Shown: positions 10,234 to 20,159, counted from the first letter of the stretch. The stretch: 32,000 nt of DNA from Candidatus Moranella endobia PCIT (GCF_000219175.1 NC_015735.1:210001-242000), one strand, 5' to 3'. Notes: generated by a model not told the origin, from the sequence alone. Made by a program: numbers and translations.

Positions 10234-12321
10234 ATGAACGAATGCCGCTTGTTAAACGCTATTCCGCTGAATACTATACCAGGGGTCGGTCCGCATCTAT
10301 TTAGCAAGTTTTCCCGCCTAGGACTCGATAACCTGCAGGATCTACTGTTGCATCTGCCAATCCGCTATGAGGACCGTACTAAAATTTATTCTATAGGCGA
10401 TACAAAAACGGGAATGACAGTAACCGTGCAGGGCGAAGTTTTGAATAGAAATATAATTTTTGGACGCAAACGTATGCTAATCTGCCACCTACGTGACAAC
10501 AGTGGCGTCATTATTTTGCGTTTCTTCAATTTTAACCAGACTATGAAAACTATTTTCTCACCTGGCAAATGGGTGACAGCATATGGCGAAATCAGCCGTG
10601 GCCAACTTGGCAATGAGATCATACATCCAGAATATCATATTATCAACGATAACAGTCAAGTTAATTTTGCTGCTGAGTTAACACCAATATATCCGACCAC
10701 CAATGGTATCCAACAGTCTACGCTGCGTAGCACGATTGATCAAGTTCTGAAAATACTCGATATAACGCCAGTAGCTGAATTGCTGCCACCAGAGCTTAGC
10801 TACCAGTTAATGAGTTTTACTGCTGCATTACGGATGTTGCACCGCCCGCCAGCAAATACATCGTTGAACGATTTAGCATTGGGACGTCACCAGGCGCAGC
10901 ACAGGTTGATTCTAGAAGAATTGTTATCTCATAACCTGAGCATACTAGCAGTCAGGTCAAAGATGCAACAATACCCGGCCTTGCCGTTGCGAGTGGATAA
11001 TATTTTGTGCCGACGCTTTCTCGCTACGCTACCATTCTCCCTAACCGCTGCCCAACAGCGAGTTATTCAAGAAATAACACAAGATATGGCGCGCAACTTC
11101 CCAATGATGCGGTTGGTACAGGGTGATGTAGGATCTGGCAAAACTTTAGTAGCGGCGCTGGCGGCACTATGTACTATTAGCAATGGCAGGCAGGTGGCGC
11201 TAATGGCGCCAACTGAGTTGTTGGCCGAACAGCATGCACAAAATTTTCGCGACTGGTTTGCTCCGCTAGGCATCAAGGTCGGTTGTATCGCTGGCAAACA
11301 AACCAGTAAAGCACGCCAAACGCAGCAAGGGGCTATCAGTGATGGTCGGGTGTCAATGGTGGTAGGTACTCACGCTCTTTTTCAAGAGCAGGTGCAATTT
11401 ACTGAGTTGGCATTAGTTATTATCGATGAGCAGCACCGTTTCGGTGTCCATCAACGGTTAGCGCTTTGGGGAAAATGTGTTGCGCAGGGAGTTCATCCCC
11501 ATCAATTGATTATGACAGCTACACCAATTCCGCGGACACTGGCAATGACCGCATACGCAGACATGGATAACTCAATCATTGATGAGCTACCAACAGGACG
11601 TAAGCCGGTGACGACAGTAGCTATCCCGGATACTAGACGCGCTGAAATCATTCAGCGTTTACGCCACACATACCTGCAGCAGGAGCAATGTCAAGCTTAC
11701 TGGGTCTGCAATATTATAGAAGAATCAAATGTGCTGGAAGCACAGGCAGCTAAGTCAACCTGGCAAAAATTGCAAAGCGCGTTGCCCGAAATTCGAATTG
11801 GGCTAGTGCATGGTCGCATGAAAGTTCCTGAACAACAGCAGATGATGAAAGCTTTCAAGGCTGGTGAAGTACAGTTGCTGGTAGCGACTACTGTCATCGA
11901 GGTCGGCGTCAATGTACCTAATGCCAGCCTGATTATTATTGAAGACCCAGAGCGGCTCGGGCTAGCGCAGCTGCATCAGCTGCGCGGGCGAGTGGGACGA
12001 GGTACGATGTCATCACATTGTGTGCTGCTGTACAAGCCGCCACTAAACAAAATCGCCAAGTTACGTCTACAAGTGCTACGCGATAACAACGACGGTTTTG
12101 TCATTGCCCAGCGCGACTTGGAAATCCGCGGTCCAGGCGAGCTACTAGGAACCAGACAAACTGGCAAGGTCAAATTCAGAATAGCGAATATATTGCGCGA
12201 TCAAGCGCTGATTCCGGAGGTACAGCGACTAGCACGGTACCTTAATCAATACCACCCGGAATTAGCAAGTGCACTTATTGAACGATGGCGGCCAGAACGT
12301 GTCCTATATACTTTCGCTTGA
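10234..12321 (+). CDS. recG: ATP-dependent DNA helicase RecG
   Basis: 695 aa. RLLNAIPLNTIPGVGPHL, LLLHLPIRYEDRT, GDVGSGKTLVA, IIDEQHRFGVHQR, TATPIPRTLAM and GRVGRG present. Confidence 0.97.
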   Translation: MNECRLLNAIPLNTIPGVGPHLFSKFSRLGLDNLQDLLLHLPIRYEDRTKIYSIGDTKTGMTVTVQGEVLNRNIIFGRKRMLICHLRDNSGVIILRFFNFNQTMKTIFSPGKWVTAYGEISRGQLGNEIIHPEYHIINDNSQVNFAAELTPIYPTTNGIQQSTLRSTIDQVLKILDITPVAELLPPELSYQLMSFTAALRMLHRPPANTSLNDLALGRHQAQHRLILEELLSHNLSILAVRSKMQQYPALPLRVDNILCRRFLATLPFSLTAAQQRVIQEITQDMARNFPMMRLVQGDVGSGKTLVAALAALCTISNGRQVALMAPTELLAEQHAQNFRDWFAPLGIKVGCIAGKQTSKARQTQQGAISDGRVSMVVGTHALFQEQVQFTELALVIIDEQHRFGVHQRLALWGKCVAQGVHPHQLIMTATPIPRTLAMTAYADMDNSIIDELPTGRKPVTTVAIPDTRRAEIIQRLRHTYLQQEQCQAYWVCNIIEESNVLEAQAAKSTWQKLQSALPEIRIGLVHGRMKVPEQQQMMKAFKAGEVQLLVATTVIEVGVNVPNASLIIIEDPERLGLAQLHQLRGRVGRGTMSSHCVLLYKPPLNKIAKLRLQVLRDNNDGFVIAQRDLEIRGPGELLGTRQTGKVKFRIANILRDQALIPEVQRLARYLNQYHPELASALIERWRPERVLYTFA

Positions 12322-12566
12322 GTAGCATCTACTTATAATAGGCTAGCTTATCAAGCATCTATACAAATGTTATGAACCGTACCAACATGTGCCGGTAGGT
12401 CACGTCATAGTAGTGTAAGTGTAGTAAACATATCATAGTAATCTCGCATTTAACGTAAGCTACCAGTAGCTTAACTAGACTAGTAACAACAGTAAAAACA
12501 ACAGTTATTGTTCGCTTCGACTATTGTATTTCTACTAGAAACTAGTATAATTAATATCCATTAGTT

Positions 12567-12643
12567 CGGCATGTAGCGCAGCCTGGTAGCGCACCGTCAT
12601 GGGGTGTCGGGGGTCGGAGGTTCGAATCCTCTCATGCCGACCA
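12567..12643 (+). tRNA. proL: tRNA-Pro (anticodon GGG at 12601-12603), CCA encoded
   Basis: CGGCATGTAGCGCAGCCTGGTAGCGCACCGTCATGGGGTGTCGGGGGTCGGAGGTTCGAATCCTCTCATGCCGACCA, nearly identical to E. coli proL, including its unusual anticodon stem. Confidence 0.95.
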
Positions 12644-12832
12644 ATCAATTCCGCGACGGTGTATTTGTTGCAGTATATTGAGCTAGATCAAGTACTGTAA
12701 CAGTGCCAACTTAATTTTTAAAGTTGTCAAATATGTCATCGAATGGTGTTTAGCTGTTTAGCCTGTTTAAATGAATAATGAATATTGTTTGCTTAAGCTT
12801 CAGCTTCTATCGTCTAAAACTAAAACACCTTA

Positions 12833-13558
12833 TCAAGGGTAAAATTCTTCGCCTAGATAAACCTGTTTAACCTGTTTGTCTAGCATAATATTGGCTGGTG
12901 ATCCATGGGCGATTAGCTTACCCTGGCTAACAATATAAGCATGTTCGCACACTTCGAGTGTCTCACGTACGTTGTGATCAGTAATAAGTACGCCTAAGCC
13001 GCGGTGGCTCAAGTATTTAATAATTTTTTTTATATCGATAATAGAAATAGGATCAACGCCGGCAAAAGGTTCGTCAAGCAAGATAAATTTAGGATTAGCT
13101 GCCAGTGCGCGCGCAATCTCTACACGGCGCCGTTCACCGCCTGATAGTGAATGACCAAGGAGGTTATGCAGATGACTAATACTAAATTCCTCCATCAGTG
13201 CTTTTGCTTGTTTGTTACGCTGGTGGCTAGTAAGAGCCGAACTTATTTCAAGTACCGCCATAATATTGTCAAACACACTCAAACGTTGGAAAATAGATGC
13301 TTCCTGCGGCAAATAGCCAATACCGCGGCGGGCACGGGCATGTAGTGGCAGAAGACTGATATCTTCCTCATCAATTAAAATTCTTCCAGCATCAAGTGAT
13401 GTTATCCCAACTACCATATAAAACGTTGTAGTCTTACCAGCCCCATTTGGCCCAAGTAATCCCACAATTTCGCTAGAGCTTACCTTAAGGCTAACATCTT
13501 TCACCACGTGTTGCTGTTTATAAGCTTTCGCTAAATGTTCTGCCACTAATATTGCCAT
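12833..13558 (-). CDS. lptB: LPS export ABC transporter ATP-binding protein
   Basis: 241 aa. [66 protein letters not shown] present. Confidence 0.97.
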   Translation of the reverse strand: MAILVAEHLAKAYKQQHVVKDVSLKVSSSEIVGLLGPNGAGKTTTFYMVVGITSLDAGRILIDEEDISLLPLHARARRGIGYLPQEASIFQRLSVFDNIMAVLEISSALTSHQRNKQAKALMEEFSISHLHNLLGHSLSGGERRRVEIARALAANPKFILLDEPFAGVDPISIIDIKKIIKYLSHRGLGVLITDHNVRETLEVCEHAYIVSQGKLIAHGSPANIMLDKQVKQVYLGEEFYP

Positions 13559-13594
13559 ATATCCTGATCTTATACCAGATTATTGAGTCACTGT

Positions 13595-14137
13595 TTACTG
13601 AGTTAGCACCGCTGCTGTTATACTGCTGCCATACCAATACGATGGCACAATTACGGTGGTTACCTGTTTCCCTTTATCGCTGAAGGTCTCTAGCTGCTGT
13701 CTTTTAACCAGATAAATCATACGATCAAACTTGACGTTGCTTTCCAACTGCTCCAAATAGGCATTACCAGTAAAAATTACTCGGTCATGAGCGGTTTCAT
13801 AACGCACGTTCTGCGCATAGCCACTTACTTGCTGGCCATCGTTATGCCATTGATAGAAGGTGACCGGACTACCGTAACCTTCTATTACTACGTTCATGTT
13901 ATCTGGTCTAGTGATCACCACTTTATCGGCGCGAATATCAAGCGCACCTCGCTTGACTACAACCTTGCCGGTTAAGGTCACAGTATTAGTCGCCATATCC
14001 ACCGCTTGTTGCATGGCGGCAATTTTAATCAGTTGATTGTCGTTGCTAGTTAACGCTAGCGCCGACGCGCTGGCTAGCATTAAGCAGCCGACCAGAAGGC
14101 TGGGATATGCTTTATGTTTATGATTTATTAATTTCAT
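13595..14137 (-). CDS. lptA: LPS periplasmic bridge protein LptA
   Basis: Signal-peptide-like N-terminus, then VTLTGKVVVKRGALDIRADKVVITRP, GYGSPVTFYQW, FTGNAYLEQLESNVKFDRMIYLV, FSDKGKQVTTVIVPS. The alternative start at 14155 adds MFILPI. Confidence 0.9.
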   Translation of the reverse strand: MKLINHKHKAYPSLLVGCLMLASASALALTSNDNQLIKIAAMQQAVDMATNTVTLTGKVVVKRGALDIRADKVVITRPDNMNVVIEGYGSPVTFYQWHNDGQQVSGYAQNVRYETAHDRVIFTGNAYLEQLESNVKFDRMIYLVKRQQLETFSDKGKQVTTVIVPSYWYGSSITAAVLTQ

Positions 14138-14696
14138 TATAGGTAGTATGAACATTTTTTAGCAACTCAGCGGTCTTATTGCGAAGATTGCCGCGCATCT
14201 GCATGCCGATTGAATGATAGCCAAGACCAGATATGCTTACTTTATCATCCGAGGAAACTTCCTGCGTTACCAGGTTAACTATTGCGTTATCTGTTGTAAG
14301 GTGTTTAATTTGCGAGGCATTATTCAAGCTATCTATCTGAACATGGCCATAAAGGTAAAGTATTCTTTTTTTAGTTAGCTTGGCCTTGTCGGCCTTCACT
14401 ATCCAGGTAGGTATTGTTGTGTGTTCATCGAACGTAGTGACAACAGGCTTACTAACCAACATGATCTGTGGTTTTGCAAAATAATTCAAGTGATCGGCTA
14501 CCAACTGGTAGCTAAGCCAACCTGCCAGGTTATACACTAAAGTTGTAGTATATTCGCTCTGATAGGTTGGCTCGCTAGTATGAGTAGGCACCTTGACCAG
14601 TGCTAGCTTCTGGTAAGTTTCCGTTAGTTTCAAGCCAATAAGCACCAGCACGAATAACCCGAGCAGTGCCGTAGTCCAACGTCTGGTATTGCTCAT
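14118..14696 (-). CDS. lptC: LPS export protein LptC
   Basis: 192 aa. EPTYQSEYTTTLVYNLAGWLSYQLVA, IPTWIVKADKAKLTKKRILYLYGHV and MRGNLRNKTAELL match LptC. It overlaps lptA, as in enterics. Confidence 0.93.
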   Translation of the reverse strand: MSNTRRWTTALLGLFVLVLIGLKLTETYQKLALVKVPTHTSEPTYQSEYTTTLVYNLAGWLSYQLVADHLNYFAKPQIMLVSKPVVTTFDEHTTIPTWIVKADKAKLTKKRILYLYGHVQIDSLNNASQIKHLTTDNAIVNLVTQEVSSDDKVSISGLGYHSIGMQMRGNLRNKTAELLKNVHTTYNEINKS

Positions 14697-14701
14697 CCAG
14701 A

Positions 14702-15271
14702 CTAACCGTTGGCATTCTTCTGCTTGCCCTGTGCAAATAGCAGCAGGTCACAAACTTCACGCACAGCACCACGACCACCAGCAATGCGAGTAACGTAATC
14801 AGCACTGAGCTGCAATAATGGGTGCGCATCAGCTACCGCCACACTCAGGCCAACCTGCTCCATCACTGGAGCATCAATGAGGTCGTCACCAACATAGGCG
14901 ATTTGTTCCGCTGTTAATGTCAGTTTGCTTAGTAGTGTCTTAAATGCCACTGTCTTATCAGATTGACCCTGATAAAGATGATGAATGCCAAGCTTAACAC
15001 AGTGATCTTCTAGTAGCCTGGTGGAGCTGCAGCTAGTAATAATAGCGAACTCAATGCCTGAGTTCAGCAAACACCGAATGCCGTAACCGTCTCGAACATT
15101 GAACGACTTAATTACTTCACGGTTATTACCCAGATAAATTAGTCCATCGGACATGACACCATCAACATCGCAAATTAATAGGCGAATATCGCTGGCGCAT
15201 TTCAGCACATGATGTGCTACTAAGCCATAGTATGTCTCGACATTAGGATTTTCTTGCATGATGTTATCCAT
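14702..15271 (-). CDS. kdsC: 3-deoxy-D-manno-octulosonate 8-phosphate phosphatase, HAD family
   Basis: 189 aa. IRLLICDVDGVMSDGLIYLGNN, NVRDGYGIRCLLNSGIEFAIIT, YVGDDLIDAPVMEQVGLSVAVADAHPLL and RIAGGRGAVREVCDLLL present. The region next to motif II is altered (see findings). Confidence 0.93.
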   Translation of the reverse strand: MDNIMQENPNVETYYGLVAHHVLKCASDIRLLICDVDGVMSDGLIYLGNNREVIKSFNVRDGYGIRCLLNSGIEFAIITSCSSTRLLEDHCVKLGIHHLYQGQSDKTVAFKTLLSKLTLTAEQIAYVGDDLIDAPVMEQVGLSVAVADAHPLLQLSADYVTRIAGGRGAVREVCDLLLFAQGKQKNANG

Positions 15272-15446
15272 ATTGTATCGCGCCAGCGCGTATTATAGCA
15301 TATATATAAACTACGCATGCCTATCAGCTGGTTACTGTTCGCTACCAGCCGTGAATAAGTTATATGTGAATTGATATTGTTTGTTTTTTTTCCTCCAATT
15401 AAGCGTCTCTACTGCTAGTGTATTATTAGGTGTAATACCGTGCCGT

Positions 15447-15480
15447 GCGTACATGTTGCGGAAGAAGGAAGCATGTACGC
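15447..15480. repeat. Inverted repeat with 9-bp perfect arms and a GGA-rich loop
   Basis: GCGTACATG at 15447-15455 and CATGTACGC at 15472-15480; loop TTGCGGAAGAAGGAAG. Confidence 0.6.
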
Positions 15481-15694
15481 AAAGATAAATTGCCGCTGCT
15501 TTTATTATATTGGGCTTACCCCCCGTTCATGCACATTATTGGGATGCGCAGAGGCTTCTTAAGTTGCTTATTTTAAATTTCAAACCACAATAGACAGAAG
15601 TGAAATAATTTGATACCCTTAGTATTGTTTAAATAAAATTGTTTTCATCAATTAACTCATTAACTATAAGATAATAACTGTGAAACAGTTCTAC

Positions 15695-15769
15695 TGCTTG
15701 CTGCGACGTCAGGAAAACATAACCAAGTTGGTTGAAAGCAATTTATGGCATAAGCAATCCATTGACCAC
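15695..15769 (+). pseudogene. pdhR: Relic of pdhR (pyruvate dehydrogenase complex repressor)
   Basis: CLLRRQENITKLVESNLWHKQSIDH aligns with PdhR [23 protein letters not shown] (from memory). It is upstream of and co-oriented with aceE, the ancestral pdhR position. Confidence 0.7.
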
Positions 15770-16199
15770 AATATTGGCCTAGTATCCTAAAACTGATTTT
15801 TTGGTAACTAACTACGCTATTTATTGACCGCATCATTCAATAACAGGCAGCAGAACCAACCATAATCAATTCTATTGGTTAGTTCGATCACTCTCAGTTA
15901 ATCATATTTCTACAAGTAGGTCGTGCCGTACGTCTCATTTAAACAAATGCGGTTTAATTTCATCCAGGGCGAGGCATGGAGCCAATACAGCTACCAAATT
16001 CAGCAAAGTTTGCGGTAACTTGTTCGTGAACATAGCCGTCGAAACGAGCGTGAACGACGACGGACGAAATACGATAGAACGCATTCATCTTCCTGAAATT
16101 GTTACCAACTTGACGGACGAAGTAGGCCTATCTTCCTAACTAAGATAGACACCAACTTAACTAATCTTACATTTAGATCTAGATAAGGAAAAAAAAACC

Positions 16200-18869
16200 A
16201 TGTCAACTAGTTTGTACAATGACGTGGATCCGATCGAAACACACGACTGGCTCCAGGCGATTGAATCAGTTATACGTACAGATGGTATTGAGCGCGCGCA
16301 ATTCTTGATTGATCAATTGTTGGACAAAGCCAACAAATGTGGTGTAAGAAGTATTGCGTGTGCTGCAAACGAACGCAATTACATTAACACCATTCCAGTC
16401 GAAGATGAGCCGGAATATCCTGGCAATATAAAACTGGAGCGCCGCATCCGTTCAGCTATTCGCTGGAATGCCATTATGATCGTGCTACGCGCATCGAAAA
16501 AAAATTTAGACTTGGGTGGCCATATGGCATCATTTCAGTCGGCTGCTACTATTTATGAAGTTTGCTTCAACCACTTGTTCCGCGCACGGAACAACAAAGA
16601 CGGCGGCGACCTGGTATATTTCCAGGGTCATATTTCCCCAGGAGTTTATGCACGTGCCTTCCTTGAAGGTCGTATAACCGAAGTGCAGATGAACAACTTT
16701 CGCCAAGAAGTACATGGCAAAGGTCTATCTTCTTATCCGCATCCGAAGCTAATGCCTAATTTCTGGCAATTTCCGACAGTGTCAATGGGGCTTGGACCCA
16801 TTAGCGCCATTTATCAGGCGAAATTCCTGAAATATCTGGACCATCGCTTGCTAAAAGATACTAGTAATCAGACCGTTTACGCCTTTCTAGGAGACGGTGA
16901 GATGGATGAGCCGGAATCAACAGGGGCGATCACTATAGCAACGCGCGAAAAACTGGACAATCTAGTGTTTATTATCAACTGTAATTTGCAGCGTTTGGAC
17001 GGTCCAGTTACCGGTAATGGCAAAATTATCAACGAGTTGGCAGGGGTATTCGGTGGCGCAGGTTGGGAAGTGATTAAAGTGGTCTGGGGTAGCCGATGGG
17101 ATGAGCTATTGCGCAAAGATACCTCCGGTAAGCTGATGCAGCTGATGAACGAAACTGTTGATGGTGACTATCAGACCTTTAAATCTAAAAACGGTGCTTA
17201 CGTTCGCAAACATTTCTTTGGGAAATATCCTGAAACCGCAGCGCTCGTGAAAGACATGCGAGACGATGAGATTTGGGCGCTTAATCGCGGCGGCCACGAT
17301 CCAAAAAAAATTTATGCTGCCTTGCAAAAGGCTCAGAAAATTACGGGCAAGCCCGTAGTTATTCTTGCCCATACAATTAAAGGTTATGGTATGGGATTAA
17401 CCGCAGAAGGCATGAACATCGCGCATCAGGTAAAAAAAATCAATATAGAAGGATTACGTTATTTTCGCGATCGTTTTAATCTTAGCTTCATCACCGATGA
17501 AAAGATCGAATCACTGCCTTATATTACCTTTGATGCAGGTTCAGAAGAGCATACTTACCTACACAAGCAGCGCCAGGTGCTGCACGGCTATCTGCCAAGT
17601 CGCCTGAGTGAATTCACCAATCAGCTGGAGCTTCCGAAGCTGGAGGATTTCGCTCCGCTACTAGAAGAACAGAACAAAGAGATTTCCACTACTATTGCTT
17701 TTGTACGCGTTTTGAGCACCATGCTTAAGCAAAAGTCGATTAAGGATCGTTTGGTGCCAATTGTCGCCGATGAAGCCCGTACCTTCGGGATGGAAGGGTT
17801 GTTTCGCCAGATAGGCATATATAGTCCGAATGGCCAACAGTACACACCGCAGGACCGCGAGCAGGTAGCTTACTATCGCGAAGACGCCAAGGGGCAAATA
17901 CTGCAAGAAGGGATCAACGAACTGGGCGCAGCCGCTTCTTGGTTGGCAGCAGCTACCTCTTATAGTACCAATAATTTAGTGATGATTCCATTCTATATCT
18001 ATTACTCAATATTCGGTTTCCAACGGATCGGTGATCTATGCTGGGCAGCTGGCGACCAGCAAGCGCGCGGCTTCTTAATCGGAGGAACATCAGGGCGTAC
18101 TACCCTGAATGGTGAAGGTTTGCAGCATGAAGACGGTCACAGCCATATTCAATCTCTTACAATACCGAACTGCATTTCTTATGATCCAGCCTATGCCTAT
18201 GAAGTTGCGGTTATCATACAAGATGGTTTGAATCGTATGTACGGTGATAAACCGGAAAACATATACTACTATATTACCACAATGAACGAAAACTATACCA
18301 TGCCAGCTATGCCTAAGGGTGCTGCAGATGGTATTCGTAAAGGGATCTACAAGTTAGAAACGCTGGTCGGCAGCAAAGGAAAAGTGCAGCTGATGGGCTC
18401 AGGCGCTATTTTACGCCACGTGCGCAAAGCTGCGCAAATTCTGTCGAAAGAGTATGATATAAGTTCAGATATTTATAGTGTGACCTCTTTCACAGAACTA
18501 GCGCGAGATGGACAGGATTGTGAGCGTTGGAACATGCTGAATCCAACTAAAACACCACGCATACCATATGTAGCAACTGTACTAAATAACGCACCAGCAG
18601 TAGCATCCACAGACTATATGAAATTGTTTGCCGAGCAAATACGCAACTTTATCCCTGCTAAAGAGTTCCGTACTCTTGGCACTGACGGTTTCGGCCGTTC
18701 AGACAGTCGCGATAACCTACGTCATCACTTTGAAGTGGACGCTAGTTATGTAGTAGTCGCCGCGTTGGGTGAATTAGCAAAAAGAGGCGATATTAGCGAT
18801 GATATAGTTGCACAGGCCATCAATAAATTCAAGATCTATGCTAATAAAGTCAACCCTAGGCTGGCATAA
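16200..18869 (+). CDS. aceE: Pyruvate dehydrogenase E1 component (homodimeric type)
   Basis: 889 aa, highly conserved throughout (GHMASFQSAATIYEVCFNHLFRARN, TVYAFLGDGEMDEPES, MEGLFRQIGIYSPNGQQYTPQDREQVAYY). Upstream TAAGGA serves as ribosome binding site. Confidence 0.99.
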   Translation: MSTSLYNDVDPIETHDWLQAIESVIRTDGIERAQFLIDQLLDKANKCGVRSIACAANERNYINTIPVEDEPEYPGNIKLERRIRSAIRWNAIMIVLRASKKNLDLGGHMASFQSAATIYEVCFNHLFRARNNKDGGDLVYFQGHISPGVYARAFLEGRITEVQMNNFRQEVHGKGLSSYPHPKLMPNFWQFPTVSMGLGPISAIYQAKFLKYLDHRLLKDTSNQTVYAFLGDGEMDEPESTGAITIATREKLDNLVFIINCNLQRLDGPVTGNGKIINELAGVFGGAGWEVIKVVWGSRWDELLRKDTSGKLMQLMNETVDGDYQTFKSKNGAYVRKHFFGKYPETAALVKDMRDDEIWALNRGGHDPKKIYAALQKAQKITGKPVVILAHTIKGYGMGLTAEGMNIAHQVKKINIEGLRYFRDRFNLSFITDEKIESLPYITFDAGSEEHTYLHKQRQVLHGYLPSRLSEFTNQLELPKLEDFAPLLEEQNKEISTTIAFVRVLSTMLKQKSIKDRLVPIVADEARTFGMEGLFRQIGIYSPNGQQYTPQDREQVAYYREDAKGQILQEGINELGAAASWLAAATSYSTNNLVMIPFYIYYSIFGFQRIGDLCWAAGDQQARGFLIGGTSGRTTLNGEGLQHEDGHSHIQSLTIPNCISYDPAYAYEVAVIIQDGLNRMYGDKPENIYYYITTMNENYTMPAMPKGAADGIRKGIYKLETLVGSKGKVQLMGSGAILRHVRKAAQILSKEYDISSDIYSVTSFTELARDGQDCERWNMLNPTKTPRIPYVATVLNNAPAVASTDYMKLFAEQIRNFIPAKEFRTLGTDGFGRSDSRDNLRHHFEVDASYVVVAALGELAKRGDISDDIVAQAINKFKIYANKVNPRLA

Positions 18870-18884
18870 GAGGTAGAGTAAATA

Positions 18885-20159
18885 ATGACGATTGAAATAA
18901 ATGTACCGGATATAGGTGTAGATGAAGTTGAAGTAACAGAAGTTATGGTCAGCGTAGGCGATATAGTTGAAGCTGAGCAGCCACTACTGACCGTGGAAGG
19001 TGACAAGGCGGCAATGGAAGTACCGGCGCCATTCGCAGGGACCGTCAAAGAGATAAAAATTAACGTCGGTGACAAAGTAAGTACTGGATCGCAGATTATG
19101 GTATTCGATGTGGAAGATACTCAACCTACCGTAACCAACCAGATGCCGGTAAATACCAACAATAGCACTGTTACTACACCTGCACCATCGCTAACCTCAT
19201 GTACCAACAGAGGCGAATTATTGGAGAACGCAGCCTACGTGCATGCGACTCCAGTGATTCGGCGACTAGCACGCGAATACGGTATCAACCTAGAGAAGAT
19301 AAAAGGCAGCGGGCGTAAAGGCCGCATTCTTCGCGAAGATATCCACGCGTATATCAAAAAAGCGGTAAAACACGACGACGAAGAGGCGGCCGGAGACAGC
19401 AGATTACCACTAGGTATTATGCTACGGCCATGGCCAACATTGGACTTTAGACAGTTCGGTGATACCGAAGAGATTGAGATGGAACGAATCCAGAGAATCT
19501 CTAGTGCAAACTTACAACGTAACTGGGTAATTATTCCCCATGTGACACAGTTCGACGAAGCCGATATTACCGAGGTAGAAGCCTTCCGCAAACAACATAA
19601 TATCGAATTGGAAAAAAAACAGACGAATGTTAAAATGACTCTACTAGTGTTCATTATAAAGGCAATCGCTAATACTCTGGAAGAGTTACCTCGTTTTAAC
19701 AGCTCACTAGCTGAAGAAACTCATAAACTGATACTAAAAAAATATGTAAATATCGGGGTAGCAGTAGATACCATGAATGGCCTGGTGGTGCCAGTCTTAC
19801 GAGATGTGAATAAAAAAGGCATGGTAGCACTTTCAAGCGAGTTGACGGTCATATCGAACAAGGCTAGGGCCGGCAAGCTGACTGCATCTGATATGCAGGG
19901 CGGTTGTTTCACTATTTCTAGCCTAGGCGGTATCGGTGGTAAGTTTTTCACGCCAATTGTCAATGCGCCAGAAGTAGCAATACTCGGTGTTTCTAAGGCT
20001 GCGATGAAGCCAGTGTGGAACGGTAACGAGTTCGTGCCCAGGTTGATGTTGCCGTTGGCGCTATCCTATGACCACCGGGTGATTGATGGTGCTGATGGCG
20101 CACGCTTTATCAGTTTTCTCAATCACTTACTGTCCGATATCCGTCGATTATTAATGTAA
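18885..20159 (+). CDS. aceF: Pyruvate dehydrogenase E2 (dihydrolipoamide acetyltransferase) with a single lipoyl domain
   Basis: 424 aa. Lipoyl motif [21 protein letters not shown], peripheral-subunit binding domain ([34 protein letters not shown]) and catalytic domain with [15 protein letters not shown]. Confidence 0.97.
   Translation: MTIEINVPDIGVDEVEVTEVMVSVGDIVEAEQPLLTVEGDKAAMEVPAPFAGTVKEIKINVGDKVSTGSQIMVFDVEDTQPTVTNQMPVNTNNSTVTTPAPSLTSCTNRGELLENAAYVHATPVIRRLAREYGINLEKIKGSGRKGRILREDIHAYIKKAVKHDDEEAAGDSRLPLGIMLRPWPTLDFRQFGDTEEIEMERIQRISSANLQRNWVIIPHVTQFDEADITEVEAFRKQHNIELEKKQTNVKMTLLVFIIKAIANTLEELPRFNSSLAEETHKLILKKYVNIGVAVDTMNGLVVPVLRDVNKKGMVALSSELTVISNKARAGKLTASDMQGGCFTISSLGGIGGKFFTPIVNAPEVAILGVSKAAMKPVWNGNEFVPRLMLPLALSYDHRVIDGADGARFISFLNHLLSDIRRLLM

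Noticed and set aside
12456-12473. TAAGCTAC-CA-GTAGCTTA near-palindrome upstream of tRNA-Pro
   Set aside because: The loop is only 2 nt, the sequence is A/T-rich and nothing functional is near; plausible by chance.
14575-14829. 84-aa ORF spanning the lptC-kdsC junction
   Set aside because: It overlaps two real minus-strand genes in another frame and has no independent support.
16530-19963. Multiple minus-strand ORFs opposite aceE and aceF, including 19235-19654 (139 aa)
   Set aside because: These are shadow ORFs opposite highly conserved genes; no family motif was seen.
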